In this document: positions 50,077-63,609 of the stretch, in pieces | Position numbering within the stretch: the stretch's first letter is position 1 | Layout: each line of letters starts with the position of its first letter | Assembly (NCBI GenBank): GCA_046563655.1 | Contig: CM102286.1 | Coordinates: 9,858,001-9,922,000 of the forward strand | Source: Yuukianura sp. NJ FZ-2021 | Taxonomy: Eukaryota | Reading direction: 5' to 3' | DNA: 64,000 bases | Position numbers and translations under genes: made by a program | The notes under the pieces: model-generated | The model's database searches: none | The model's input: the letters and a program-made list of their open reading frames with translations, nothing else | Told to the model about the DNA's origin: nothing

Positions 50077-52141
50077 GATAAATTTTGCGATGTATTTAAT
50101 TGGGTACGCAGGATTTGTGGAGTCTATTTTAACCCGTTCCCACTCGTTTCTGGAAGATTCTAGGAGAATTTTGGAAGATTTTATTGCGAACTTCATTTCT
50201 GAGCTATACTTTTATTTTTCTAAAATTTTTCTGTTAACCTCTCTAGCAAATGACGGGTTTTAGCCTCCGGTTGCTGCTGTTTTAGATTTGCAGGATGACA
50301 CAAATCTTAGATTTCAAAATTGAGCTGTGAATGTCGCAGTAAATTAAACTTATGTAGTTCCGCCAAATTTGTGTCTGTCTTGAACGCTTCCTTAATTTTT
50401 AATCAGTAAGGTGTGCGAACACCCTGGAAACGGGGGGTCAAAATGCGGCTGTAACTCATCAAATGGAAAATGGTCTGGATCAGCGTAGGAAGGTCGTACA
50501 ATGACCTACAATATATCAAAATTTAGGAAAAGACTTGATCTAGTAACCTGCCCTAGCAAATTACAAAATTTTAGTTCTATCTATGTAAATATGGAGGCGG
50601 AATGTTTGGGTCAATTTTTTTAACAGTTAGAACTAAAATTTTGTAATTTGCTATTGCAGGGTACTAGATCAAGTCTTTTCCTAAAGTTTGATACATTGTG
50701 GGTCACTGTACCACATTCCTACGCTGACCCAGACCATTTTTCAATTTCAGTGTCGCGGTCTCAGAAAAGTTGGTTGCAATACCCAAACGAAGGCAAACCG
50801 AACTTGAACGCATAAAACACGTCCGTAAGGAGGAAAATATCCATATACCTAGGTGTTTATATTTTTTACTACAAACTCAATCGGCCAGCTTGTAGCTTCA
50901 TCGAATTATTTTTCGGGACTACAACTTTTCATGCTTATCGTTTCCAAGTCCTTTTGACTAGTCAGTAATTCAGACAACCTTAATCGTTTCATAACTACGC
51001 ACTAAGTTGCATAGGTTTTTCTAAAAAAAATATTAGTTCTGGACGGATCGCAACGCAACTTCATGGAATGTCTCCTCATATTTTGTCGAGTTATTTATCC
51101 CATTATCCCAAGCGAGAATATACATCGTAACGCCATTGTCCTGAAAATTGGCGAAGTGTTGTGCAATTTCCAAATTCACTTTTCCAAGCCTCGTCCTGCG
51201 ATTTTGTCTACAACAAAACCTTACTTTAAGGACGGCAACAAGAGGAATTGGGTATACAATTACCAGATGTATAATTGCATAAAATGCGGTCACCAATTCA
51301 TTTTTTGAGTTGCACCGTATATACAACACCGTATCTACAAATTATAATTAGTAGTAAATTGCCTTGTTAAATTTATGTTGATGGCACAATTGACTTTATT
51401 AGTACTTGCAAAACTACCTCGTGCCGACCTTGCGATAAACTTCAGCTTATAAAACTTAGATAAAGCAAACGTGGACTTCCATCGCAAAAGCAAAAAAAAA
51501 CTAGGAGTTTTCCGGATTTCCTCTACAAGACAAAACATATTCGAAATAAGTTTGTGCTCCACCTTTCTCATGTAGGATATTGAAAAAAAATTTATTCTTC
51601 GCTTTTATGAGTTACGCCATTATTAAAACCTTTCTAGGGCAGGTTTTAATAAAAAAAAAACATTTAATGAAAGCAATTCCAGTTTCCAACAAGCGATTTG
51701 GTATTATTGCAAGGAATGATAGGTTTACTGGGAATTCAAGTTTATCTAAGCATTCAGTACTGTGAATACACTTTTACATCTACTAATAATCTTTACATTT
51801 AACAAGGTTCAGGTCGTAGTTATCAGCTTTTCGCTTGTCCGTGAGTTCGTAATAAGTTTTAATTGTCTGAAAAATTGGTTTCGGAAATGCTGATTAATAT
51901 TGTAAAGAACATAACCAACAAGGCTTTTTTTTAATGGACAGTAGTGGCTGCTTAAGAATTCTGAAAAAAAATGCACCCTCCCTACATTAAAAATTAATTT
52001 TCCTCAGGAAAATTATGCAGATTGCCTAAAATGGAAAACAGTCGACTGCCGATACAGTTGGCTGTCGGTTCCAATTTCCAATTCAATTTAAACCTTAGAC
52101 AGATCCAAGGAATTTTAGGAAAAGCAGCATTAGAGCTCTCT
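50077..52141 (+). repeat. Copy C (uninterrupted apart from a small insert) of the duplicated segment; upstream region of the chemoreceptor gene
   Basis: Contains, contiguously, the sequences found separately at 6112-6960 and 43811-44526. Confidence 0.9.
50412..50824. mobile_element. ~410-bp foldback insertion
   Basis: Absent from the paralogs at ~6415 and ~47400; flanked by GTAAGG twice; ~112-bp inverted arms at 50467-50579 and 50628-50741. Confidence 0.8.
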
Positions 52142-53465
52142 ATGGAGAAAGCATTAGAGCCAGCACTTTTGTGCATAAAAATATCTGGTACGTTTGGACT
52201 TCATCGCCTTCGCTGGTCACAAGAGCAAAATTGTGTTCAGCTAAAACCACAAAGTGGAGTCAAAGGGCATATGCTAAAATGGATTCAGATAACATTGGAA
52301 CTAGTCGTATATGGCTATTTATCCTACATGTTAGCCACAGCCCCTGATTCAAACCCTCGCGACTTTATCATTTTCGTTATTTTAGGGATTGTATTTATAA
52401 TTCATATTTTCACCCATGCTGTGTTTCACTTCGCTTCGACTGAAATGGCAATGTTAGTGAATGGAGATATCATTATTGATGGCTTAATCGGTACGTATCA
52501 AAGCATTGATTAGCTAGGATTAGATTGTACAAATTATTGTAAAACAATATATTCAATTTACCAGAAAATCTTACTGGGAAAACGCCTGAAATCCGAAAAG
52601 CCGAGACTGTCTCGTACAAGCTCATGATGTCGTCAGTAAAATCTCTTAAAGTGGCTCACCTGCTGTTCGGAATTGGAAGTTTCATTGCAATTGAAGGAAA
52701 TGTGCCATTTTGTCGCTTCTTAAATTTTGGCTCCATTTTTATAACAATACCAATTGTGGTACCAGTCACCATCGTTGCGTACATGATGAACGTAATGTCA
52801 CATATCATTGCGTTCACTTTCCTACTTCATCTGTTCTCGACACGCAACTGTCTCAATATGGCAACTCAACTTAGGTAGCCTAAGGAGTTTATCCATTCTT
52901 ACATAATTTATTATAATTGTAGTATATAAGAAGACTACATCGTATTAATGTCATAACGGAACACAAAATGGTTGTTTGTTTGAGCAGGAAAAGAAGCGCT
53001 GAAGGGAGCTGGAGCAATCGGAAGCAGTTCCATTTGCTGTACAGGACGCTGCAAAGCAATCATCAAATGGTCCATGATTTCTTCATTACTATTGCAACGC
53101 CATCTTTGCTCACCATGGAGTCTCTTCTTATATTTTGCCCATTTGTTCTCATTCGATTTGACTTTGACCTCTTCGCATTTACGAGTAGTCTGTGGCTTTT
53201 TGTAATTAATTTGACTATAATGCATGTCTTGCTCTCACTCGGTAACACAGTGACGGAGGCTTCTGGAACTTGCATTGTATATGAAGGAGGGATAGTCAAG
53301 CGACACCGAATGCTGGAGGCTATGGTGAGCCGTGAATTTAAATCGTATCGTCCCTTGTACTGGAAACTGGGGAAGTGCTGCACTATTTCCAAGGTCACTT
53401 ACCTAAACATCCTCAACGACATTGTCATTAACAACGTCATCAGTTTACTCGTAACAATTCCATAA
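52142..53465 (+). CDS. Intact divergent 7TM chemoreceptor-like protein (378 aa; exons 52142-52490, 52565-52874, 52988-53465)
   Basis: Three exons splice in frame through GT-AG introns. Multiple hydrophobic segments and a C-terminal YRPL..KLG..TYL..I.NNVISLL tail like insect GR/OR-superfamily proteins. Confidence 0.8.
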
Positions 53466-53708
53466 TCAAAAGTAAAAACTTCGAACCGATTTCACCGTGC
53501 GACAATTTAATTGGTATTCGTGTCCGTGTAATACTTATGTTATCTCCGATGCTTTGCTAAGAATGTTGTTGCTGTTTTATGCTTTTGAACTTCGGTGAGT
53601 ATTTTTTTTAGAAAATTAAATCTTATTTCTATTTACAATTTCTAATCTTAGAAAATTGATCCTGTTTTGCAAAAAAATAAAAAAAAAAAAGCTCCAAACA
53701 GTTGGTAA

Positions 53709-56700
53709 TTTTTTTTTTTTTTTGAATGTACAAAAGTCTTTTATTTAACATAACAGAACTGAAAAAACTTACACCTGCCAGAGGCAGGTTGAGGTATTTA
53801 AAGACGTATTGAAAAAATTTTTAAATCATATAAATTTCGTAGAGTTCTTTTCCTGACGGTAGGGTACCCAATATAGAAGTGGCATTTCCTCTTTGGATGG
53901 CAAGGCTAATTCGTTGAAAGAGGAAGGATGTTGCTCGATTGTCACCGGTGGCTTCTGAGAGGCGATGTCCAATGGAATTGAGTAGACGTCGGCCTTCTTC
54001 CCCGTAGACTCCAGTTGTCTCGACTGCAATGATGGAAACAATAAATCGATGATCAAGGTCACGGTAGAGGTCATGCTTATGGATTTCAGCAACGGCAGCA
54101 GGATGACCGAGAACGGAGGATGATGTTGCTAGGTAGGAAGCAGCGAAGGTGTCACGGCAGGTAAAGTCCCAGGCAAGGGAGCGACCGGACTTCCAAGGAA
54201 TGAGAGTGATTCCATCAGGTCGCTTTCCATCAGTTCTGGAACAGCCGGAAGGTTCTTTCATACATGGTATTCCACTTGTTTGAAGCGATCTTGAAATGAT
54301 GTCGTTTACAGCGGCGTGTCTTGAATGTCTGCCTGCACTTCTCGTACAGCTTAGGCCGTGCAAGCCGTTGCTTGATACCAAAGTTCCGCATGGACATCGA
54401 TGAGGTTGGCAAATTTCGGTGCCTAGCCGCAATCCACAAGAAATTCTGAAGGTTTCGTCTGAAAGGAGCGTCCCAAGAGGCGAAGATGGAATAGCCAGTA
54501 GCCAATCTCCAGAATGAGGGGCGGCTGAAGCAAGCAGTCGTGCTTTATCGATGAGAGTGGTTGATTTCTCCAGCAGGTTGGAGTAGATCTTTTCGAAGAT
54601 CTGAATTTCCCAGAGTTTTTGTATTTTTCCATCTTGCGGCGTTATGAAGTCCAAATTTGACCAACTGAGGGAAGCAAGGTCCACTGAATTATCGAAAGGC
54701 GAAAGATGTGGTGGAAGGAAGGTAGAAATTAGTTCGGCACAACTATAGACTGAAGCCAAAAAGGAAAATGTAGCACAGTCCGTCGCGTGGCGAATGCCTA
54801 AACCACCTTGATTCACAGGCAAAGAAGACTGCAACCATGCTTCTTCATTCAAACTTGAGTTCAGGATGGATTCCAACACGGTGCGTAAAGCTGAGTCGTA
54901 AGCTTGTAGGAGGTCAGGTTCGAGGAATGCAGGAGAACATCTGACAAAGTACAGAAGTCTTGGTGTTGAAATTGATGCCCTAAGTAGAAAAAACGCTACA
55001 TGGGCTGGCAGGCAAGAGAGTCTTGATGAAAGTCTGTTGAAGTCATCAGTTTTGGATTTGAGGATACGACGTGAAGATTCTTTGAACAGAGGCGCTCCCA
55101 ACAGTTCTGTTTGTCCTTTCTCGGGGAAGACGAACTCCGGCGAAATCGATTTGAAGGAGTTGGTGATTAACTTTTGTTCAGACTGGTCGGCAGACAGAAT
55201 GATTACTTCGCATTTCTTCATGTTCAAATGCAGACCAAAAGAACTGGCACTAGATTGGATGGTTATGAGGTTTTTGAGCACAACATCTGGAGAGTCGCCA
55301 ATTGTCGCGTCGTCTAAGTACCACGAATTGAATTCGGTCGTTAGGGATGCGGCTAGTGGGTGAATTGTTAGTGCGAAAAGTGCAGGACCCAATGGGCAAC
55401 CTTGTTGGACTCTAACTTGGACTTGATGCAGCTAGAGTTGTAGAAGAGGTCTGATTCGAACGAGTATGCTTGAGAGACGAAATTGAAGATTTCTGGTAGA
55501 TGAGTTTTCACAGCATTCAGCATTTGATCTCTTCTGATAAGATTAAAGGCGTTTCGAAAATCCAACTTCAGAAGAACCTTGGGAGAGGCGTGATTGGCGT
55601 TGCAGAAGATCCTGGCAGCGTGAGCCACGGCTTCGGCTCCGTTCTTGACGCCGACGCCTGTTTGAATTGGATGTAGGATGGACGAAATGGCGTTCATTGA
55701 GCGCGACAGGATTAGCTTCGACACTAGGCGTCTCCAGGTGAGGCCGATTGCAATTGGCCGGATTCCACCTTTTTCTTCTGAATCGCAATAAGGGAAGCAC
55801 CGAAGAACACAGGCCGGATGTCGACAGGAAGAGAATCATTAGCGATGAGATTGCACAGCTTGGAAATTGAAGATAGCAGCGCTAAACCTGCATCTCCTGA
55901 TGATTTTGATGTAAGTTCTTTTAGTATTTGAGGACGAAGCGAGTCAAGGCCACCGGAAGAACCATTTGGGAATGAAGAGATAGATTTCAGGATGTCACTT
56001 TCTTCGAAAATGATGTTTGTTGGAGAAGGTGGGTCTGGCATGACGGTTGGTAGAGGATGAGCCGGGTGTAACTCGTGGAGGGCTTCAATAGTGGAGGAGT
56101 CATCCGATGCCAAACAGTCATCAGAACAGAGAACTCGAATGGATCCACGAATGTCGCCGTCCGCTAGTTTAGATTGAACGAGTTTGGAACAATTCCAGTG
56201 TTGGGATGATGGCAAGTAGCGGGGGAGATTATGAGTTGATGGTGAGTTGAAGAACGTAGACGATGAGAAGGAGGAGAAGCGGTTGACATTTGACTTCACC
56301 CATTTGGTCAGATTTGGAACAGGGTCTTCTTTTTTCGGAAGATGTAGTGCAGCATATGGAAAAAAGAAAAGCCTTTCCCACGATTCCGAGGAGTTCTCGG
56401 TAACGACTTGTTCTATGACGGCGGAGAGTGTGGATGCCACAACTTGTCTAGCTCCCTTGGGGATGTGTTTGAGAATTTGAATTGATTTTTTCAAAAGTGC
56501 GAGTCGTGAACCAATAGTAAGATCCGGAGATGATGATTGAGCAGTGGGGTCCAAAAATGTAATCCCAAGATACGATTGTTCAATGTGTTTCCGTCCGCTC
56601 GCCCTTGTTTTGGTGATATTTGGAAATATCTTCAAAAGTTTTGAACCCATGGTTGTGTCAGCTAGTGGTTTGATATGAATTGATGCACAAAAGCGGTGGT

Positions 56701-57100
56701 ATTTGTCTTTAAATTCCTGCTTTTTCATCAAACCACCGGAGACAAGGCGGATATTGTTTGAGATCCAGTCGTCACTTAGTTTGGAAATTACAGATTTGCT
56801 TCGATTCTCGGAAGTAGAAGTACGATTGGAGAATGTCTGATGTCTGGCTGAATCGTCAACTCCCAATCCGCAGTCATCTAATGATGACCCGATTCCGGGA
56901 ATCTCCACGATTGTAATGTCACGGATCGATGTTTCTGGGTCGTTTTGAACGACATTGGGATCAGACGAACAGTCAAAAGTAAAGTTGGTTTGAGAGTCTT
57001 GATTCGGATGAATGTTTGAACTGAAGTTTTCCATTCTCTCACTTGTTGTTGTTGTCAAGGTTATGCGAATGATAATTGTGAATTCGGAATTTTTCGAAGA
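53709..57100 (-). mobile_element. CRE-like non-LTR retrotransposon (RT plus restriction-like endonuclease); two frameshifts; 5' end not defined
   Basis: KLDFRNAFN and WYLDDATI; zinc knuckle CPCG..HGLSC..RH; RLE RPDG..WKSGRSLAWDFT..E..K; QRISLAIQRGNA. AATAAA plus a polyA tail at 53709-53723. Frameshifts near 55750 and 55400. Confidence 0.9.
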
Positions 57101-58191
57101 AAAATTAGTGAAGGCCCAATGTTGTCCAGGAGATAAGCAATTGATGATTTGTTTGTTTGAGTTATGATGTCTTGAGAGCGAATTTTGGAGTCAGAATTTC
57201 AGGACTTTGGTTGACGAAAGTGGGCCAGTTGACAAGTGTCCGGTTGTAAAATGCATGTAGAAGCACATCAAAGGATGCGCGACAATGAGATGAACAATCT
57301 GATATGAAAATGATGGACTTTTATACTAAATTCACTCAGAAAACAATCAAAAACTCGGGAGCGAATTTTTGCGTGTCAACAGATTGTTTTGATGATGTTG
57401 TAATTGATTGAAGTTGATGTTGGTAATTTGTTTATCAGAATCTTTGCGTTTTGGCAATCCAATAGAATTGATGATTGATGAATTGATAACTTGATGAATA
57501 AATAAATCGTGAATAATGCTGGACTTGTAAAAGCATCCAGCAACACTTACCCACTGGACTAGGCTAGTACTAGGCATTGCATTGCATTTTAGTATTGCAT
57601 TTGTATTTGCGTTAAGAATTTGAATGAAAGATCAAGGCACCCTCTAGCGCAAATGGTCACTTGAATCCAAAATGATCTTAGAACAAACTCTAGGATAGGA
57701 GGATAGGGGTATAAGGGAGCAGCAAAAACTGAACGCTGAAACTCTCAGCTGGAAGATCAGGCATCAGGTAAGGTTAGTTTCGATATTTTTCAATCATCCT
57801 GTTAAAACTAGAAGCGGCTGATTGTCATGATTTAAGTTAACCTGTTGAGTCATAGTAGTAGTTAACCTTTTAGTTAGTAGTACATAGTAGAGGTAATACT
57901 ACTCCTAGAGGAGAGGTAGAGGAGAGGTACTCCTAGGTTGACGTGGAACCAAGAAAAGCGAATTTCCTTGTATTTGGCGAATCGTTTAGGAACCGATACA
58001 TCTTTAAGACTTCAAAGAAAGTATCAACTTGAGTAGCATTTCATTACAGTACGTAAGTGGTGGCTCAATATGTTAGCGAAAATTAGCACAAGGGAGACGT
58101 AAGATCGTAGGCTGTACTTAGTGACTTCTCCGTTCGATCTCCACCAGAACTATAACCTGATGTTTTTTTAATGGAATTTTAGTGTCGGAGG

Positions 58192-59206
58192 ATGGATATG
58201 CAAGATCGGCGTATAAGCGAGGAATCTGGGGATTCCTGTCAACTTCAGCTTGTTAGGTAAAATCATGTTGCCAACCAAACCATTAGTAATACCAAGTGCG
58301 CAAAAGCTACTTCTTTGTTTTGAACCTTGTATTACGTTCAGGAACATATGGATTCCAGGCCCACAATTCCGTGGGAGGACGTCAGTTTCGGCTGTAAGAC
58401 CTGCTCGTACCCGTCCTCCATTTGCTGCAGTAAGAATTGCACAGCCAACATCAATCTCAGTTCGTCCGTCCTATGGCGTCAATCGACCTGAACGACTTAG
58501 ATTCCGTGCAACTCGAAATTCGGGCAACGAACCCTTCATTACGGGTATTCGTCCTCCTCGTCGTCCTGGTTTGCCCGGAGCAGTACGTTTCCCGGTGCCT
58601 GTCGCTGGCAGAGGGATTGAAGCGAGTGACATTGTTCCGTCTTCAAGACCTGGCAATCCAGCTGAGCCTTCGAATGATCCATTTGCTTGGTGTAAGAAAA
58701 TACCATGTAGGTATTTCGCGAACGGCAGTTGTATTCTGGGTACAACATGCAGATACCTTCATCCGGTTTCTTTACCCGGTAAGATGTAGGATATGGATAA
58801 GAGCTGAGTGCCGAGGGCGTAAGAGATTTAGGTCCTAAAACGTGTCAAGGCCTAATTGTTTAGGGCCTTAGCATGCTGAAGGCTTAAAACTTTGGAGCGA
58901 ATTCATATGACCAAGTGACTGCGTCCCAAATTCATACGGCCTAATCGCATAGAACCTTACCATTAGTCTATTATTTATCTGTTCATTATCATCTGTGACC
59001 ATAATTCAATTTAAATGTTAATATCGTTTCTTATTTCCTATACAGCAGCTACTCCGCAACAGGAAGAGGAAACTGGAGTGACTGTAGTCCCTCCAGTCGA
59101 ACCAGTTACAGCCCCGAAAGCCGCTCCTATTCTTCGTCCTCCAATTCTCCGTGAACTCAAACAGCAGGATGTGATGATGGATTTTTCAGATTCTGACTCC
59201 GATTGA
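58192..59206 (+). CDS. Pro/Arg-rich protein with one CCCH zinc finger (220 aa; exons 58192-58256, 58342-58778, 59046-59206)
   Basis: In-frame GT-AG splicing; KIPCRYFANGSCILGTTCRYLH (C-x7-C-x5-C-x3-H). Confidence 0.75.
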
Positions 59207-59618
59207 GACGTCGGGGTTTGCCTTTGCAGTGTTCCACTTCTACTCTACATCACAACCACAATGGCAATTCATCGTTGTCGCTACAGGTTACATCAATAAT
59301 ATTGGTACATCAAAGCTATGTACTTCTATTGCATTATATTTGTCGTTTGTCTCCACTTTTTTTTTCTTCCTTCAAATTTTTGTTAGTAGTTACTTTAGCA
59401 ATTATTTGTTAATTGCATTTGGTTCTTAGTATATTAGAAATGTAATTCAGTAAAATTAGAGGCAAGCTGTAGTAGACAAGACAGGCCGACCACATGCGTG
59501 TTCAAGTAATTCCTCTTGTTGAAGTGGGAATTGGTGGATACGACGAGAGATACGAAAGCACATTGTCTATCAGTGTAAATGCGTTCTAATCGCTAAAGTC
59601 ACTTCTTAGAATTATTTG

Positions 59619-59632
59619 GTTGTCATAGCAAC
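59619..59632. promoter_or_regulatory. X-box (RFX binding site) upstream of the ciliary gene
   Basis: GTTGTCATAGCAAC, a near-consensus palindromic X-box, ~210 bp upstream of the EFHC2-like ATG. Confidence 0.8.
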
Positions 59633-59839
59633 GGTTCTGATAGTAGCTTTCGATCAAACATTTGGCTTTTTGTTTATGGATTTTTGGTTTGCCTGTCAAT
59701 CGAAGTTTTTCCTTTTTCTGTCTGAAGTTTCGTACGCTTCGTGGCCTGTCTGCTAGCGACTTTCTCTATATCAATCTATCGACTGCTTCAAAGAATTTAA
59801 CACCCTTCAACAATTTCTGGAACTGTTGAGTATTTCGAC

Positions 59840-62800
59840 ATGAATCCACAAATGAATCCATTTGGGAACATCATTGACCAAAGCTTGGCAAAAAGCCTCC
59901 CTTTGCTTCCTGGGAACACCTTCAACTTCAACGTAAGGCTTCACCATTTACATATAACTTACAAACTAGAACGTATGCTTACTTATTAACAGACCTTGTG
60001 TATTGATTACATATAGGTTGGCGCTGATCGCTTCCAGTTATCTCAACATTGGGCTCTCAAGGATGGTATACCAGTTTTGGCTGATCGTGACCTTCCTCGT
60101 AACAAACCTGGAATTGGAGGACTTGTAAGCTACTGCTAGACACATTAAATTTGACTTAAGCATTAATGATAGTAACTATTGTGTTCGCACTTTGCAGGAA
60201 CCGCCACCGTGGGCTCCACGCAAGCTTCCTGAAGAATGTCCTCTTTATCCAAAGACTCATGGTTCAAAGGTGCCGGCGTTCATCAAATTCGACAAGAAGG
60301 TAGCAGAAACAATTTTTGGTGCACTTTATGTTATGTTCAACCCATTAACCAAATCTATTAATTGCAGGTTCTCACTTTTCAAGCATACTATCAGGAGCCA
60401 ATTCCTGAGTCAGCGGCTGAGAATTATCGGGTTCACCAGTGCAAAATCTACTACTACCTTGATGACAACACTATCCAAGTAGTCGAGCCCAAAACATTCA
60501 ACTCCGGAATGCCTCAAGGGACGCTGATTCGGCGACACCGAATCCCGATGGATCCGCCGTGCAAAGATGAATACTTCAACCTTCTGCATTTTAACGTCGG
60601 ATGTGAGGTGACGCTGTACGGGAAAACATTCTTCATCTGCTCTTGCGATCCATTCACACGAAATTTTCTGAATCGTCTTGGAATTCGGGTGGCTGCGGAT
60701 ATGGAGCTCCCACCCGATGTTGCGACTGAAAAGCTAAAAGATGTGAGGCTTACCAATTTGTCTACTAAGATTTCAATTCTAAATATTGATTTTTTTTATC
60801 ACAGAAAAAGACAAGCCAATTTGCTCGAAAGCCACATCATTGCTTGGACACTCGTGGGCCATTTCTATTACACGACAGACATGTTCTGCGTTTCTGGGCC
60901 TACTGGGATGACCGTTGCAACCTTTACGGCGACTTGAGGGAATTCGTTGTTCACTACTTTCTCAGCGACGATACAATGGAGATTCGGGAAATCATCAAGC
61001 CAAACACCGGATATGACTCCTTCCCATGCTTCCTTCGGCGCGGGAAGCTTATCAAGGTATGCCAGACTAAAACACTTTTACATAGAAACTTGGAGTGATT
61101 TAGAACGAAATTAAGGTCCTAGTGCTTACTTGTTTCTTTACTTTGTTTACACCAAGGATCCTTCTAAACTTGTTGCATTACCTGGAGTGGAGACGCCACA
61201 GACAATTCTGAACGTTTTCGGATCGATGCATGGAACGAAAAACAAGAAGGCTCATTTCATCGTTGACAATTTGGGACTTGGAGCTCGAAATTTGGAGTAC
61301 TACACAGACAGGGACTTGGCAATCGGCGCTGTGATCAACGCGCTGGGTCGTGCGTTCACGCTTATTAGATGTGACGAGTTTACCAAAAAGTACTACCAGG
61401 AACGTTATGGTGTCGGTAAGACTTACTTATAAAGCTTCAGTAGCATTCTGTAACCATTTTAATCTTTCCGTGTATATTTTTTTCAGAGGATTTTACTCCA
61501 CTTGAGCTATCAAAGGCAGAGGAAGAACCGGAACTCCCACGACCCGAAACACGTAAGATTATTTACAACTACAGCTTATTTTGTGTCACAAGTTAACTGC
61601 TTAATCAATTAATTTTCAATTCAGCTCCATACACTGGCTGGGGAACTGAGGTTTGTTTAATTTGCACTATCAAGCTAATTCCGTTGTTTCCAGCTAACTG
61701 TAAACGTTTCATTATAATTTATTTCATAGGAAGATTCGTTGGTGAGCTGGAGAAGTATTGAAATGAAACCCCATGTAAAGGACTACCGGAAATTTGCTGA
61801 GAAGGAAAAGTAAGTTGCAATATTTCCAAAGGAAACTAAAAGTAAATGTCTGTAGGACAATTGGTTCCGCTGAATTGGTAATCCTAGTACTAAAATTATT
61901 GAATTTAAACCTTTACATTTTGTTTATTTAGGGATATCCTTCGCTTTGAAGCCAGGCTGTACAACCCATTGCAGAAAGTGAATCGCGATCGACGATTCAC
62001 AATTAGTTACTATATGGCTGATGACACGACGCAGGTTTTTGAAAACCTACACCCCAATACTGGTAAGACACTTTTTAATAGGTAAAACACAGACTTTTTA
62101 ATACGAATTTTTGCTCACATGCTGACTAAATGAATTGCTGTTTGTAGGCTTACCGAAGGGTAACTTCTTCTACCGTGGTCGTGCCATGAAGCCGGGCGCT
62201 CAAAGAGAGCTTGGATTCAAACCTGAATACTACGAGCCGAAAGACTTCTTTGTCGGAAACATTTTGAAGATCAATTCCTTTGACTTCCAGCTCGTCCTGG
62301 CGGACGAGTTTACGTACTCGTACATGGAACGTAACAAGGATCAAGTAAGTAAACGTAATCAGTTTAAACATTCTTAAAAATCAAACAACGTTGTTCCATC
62401 ATTTTCTTTTGTTTTCAGTTTCCAGCCTCAGATATTTGCATCTGCCTGAACAAAATTCGGGAAGCATTTGGTCCACTTCAAGCAGAAGATGTTTTGAAGT
62501 GTTTTGCGGAAAATGACACCAATCTCCAAGGCGTGATGGACGTTCGCAACTTCCGCTCGTTGTTGCTTCAGATTTCAAAGTGTGCGTTGAGTGAGCATGA
62601 AATTCAGACGCTAGCTCGATGCTACGCCGCTCATGCTCCTCCCCCGGCGTAGACTTTGAAACGCTCCAGTAAGACATGAACATCAAACTTATTTAACTAC
62701 TTTTACACAGATTCAGTTTGATTTTTGTTTTCTTAGGGCAATTGTCCAGACGGAATTGCGGAAATCTAACTTCGACAAGTTTCTTATGGAGCGGGTAGAG

Positions 62801-63609
62801 TATACCCTTCGCCATCATGATCCATGTCGCACAGGAAATGTAGATCGTGAGACACTTCGTGCAACTTTGAAGGGGGCCAGACTTCCATTGGATCGCGCCA
62901 TTTTGGATTTTCTAGTGGACAAGTGAGACATGAGATATCAAATTATCTGTTAGCCAACTTATGTGCTTAATAAGCTTAACTTAACTACGGAGATTAATCG
63001 TTTGTTGTTTTATTTTCTAGATTTCCCGCCGGAGACAACTGCGACCGAGTTCCATATTGTGAGTTGCTGAAGTTTCTGGACTGGGAAGACAACCCTGCAG
63101 CAGTTGCAAAACCAACCGCAATTAAGGTACTAAAAGACATCGACTGTGTTATGACGACTCACGAAGCCAAATATTATTTTGCAATTTTTCTTTAGTGTAT
63201 CATGGAATGGATCTTTCCACAACCGCCACTCAAGATCATCTGTGTCAACTACCGAGCATTCTTAGAAGACGTTTGTCCCAACTTCAAGTGTTCTATTCCT
63301 GAACTATGCTGTTGCGCTCAAATGAAACCATGCCCGAAACATCCTCAAACTTGCAAGACACAATCTACTCCAGCTCAGGACCAGGAGTCTTACTGCCCAG
63401 AGGAGACGCAACAAACGTTACCAGTGGAAGAGTGTCCTCCTCAAGAACCAATCACACTCCATGTCAAGCCTTGCTTCATTAAACCTATCGATGGAAAAAC
63501 GCACAAATGCGCACCAGGAGCGTTAAAATGCTTTGCTCACACGAATGAGGACGTTGAAGAAAAGCCTACAGCGAAAATGGACTTTGGTAATACACCAACC
63601 TGCAACTAA
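59840..63609 (+). CDS. EFHC2: EF-hand domain-containing family member C2-like (Rib72/DM10 axonemal protein), about 15 exons
   Basis: N-terminus LPLLPGNTFN..SQHW..PGIGG; three DM10 domains (FDKKVLTFQAYY..YYYLDDNT, DRHVLRFWAYWDD..YFLSDDT, ILRFEA..YYMADDT); C-terminal EF-hand-like region and a Cys/Pro-rich tail; AATAAA at ~63687. Confidence 0.9.
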
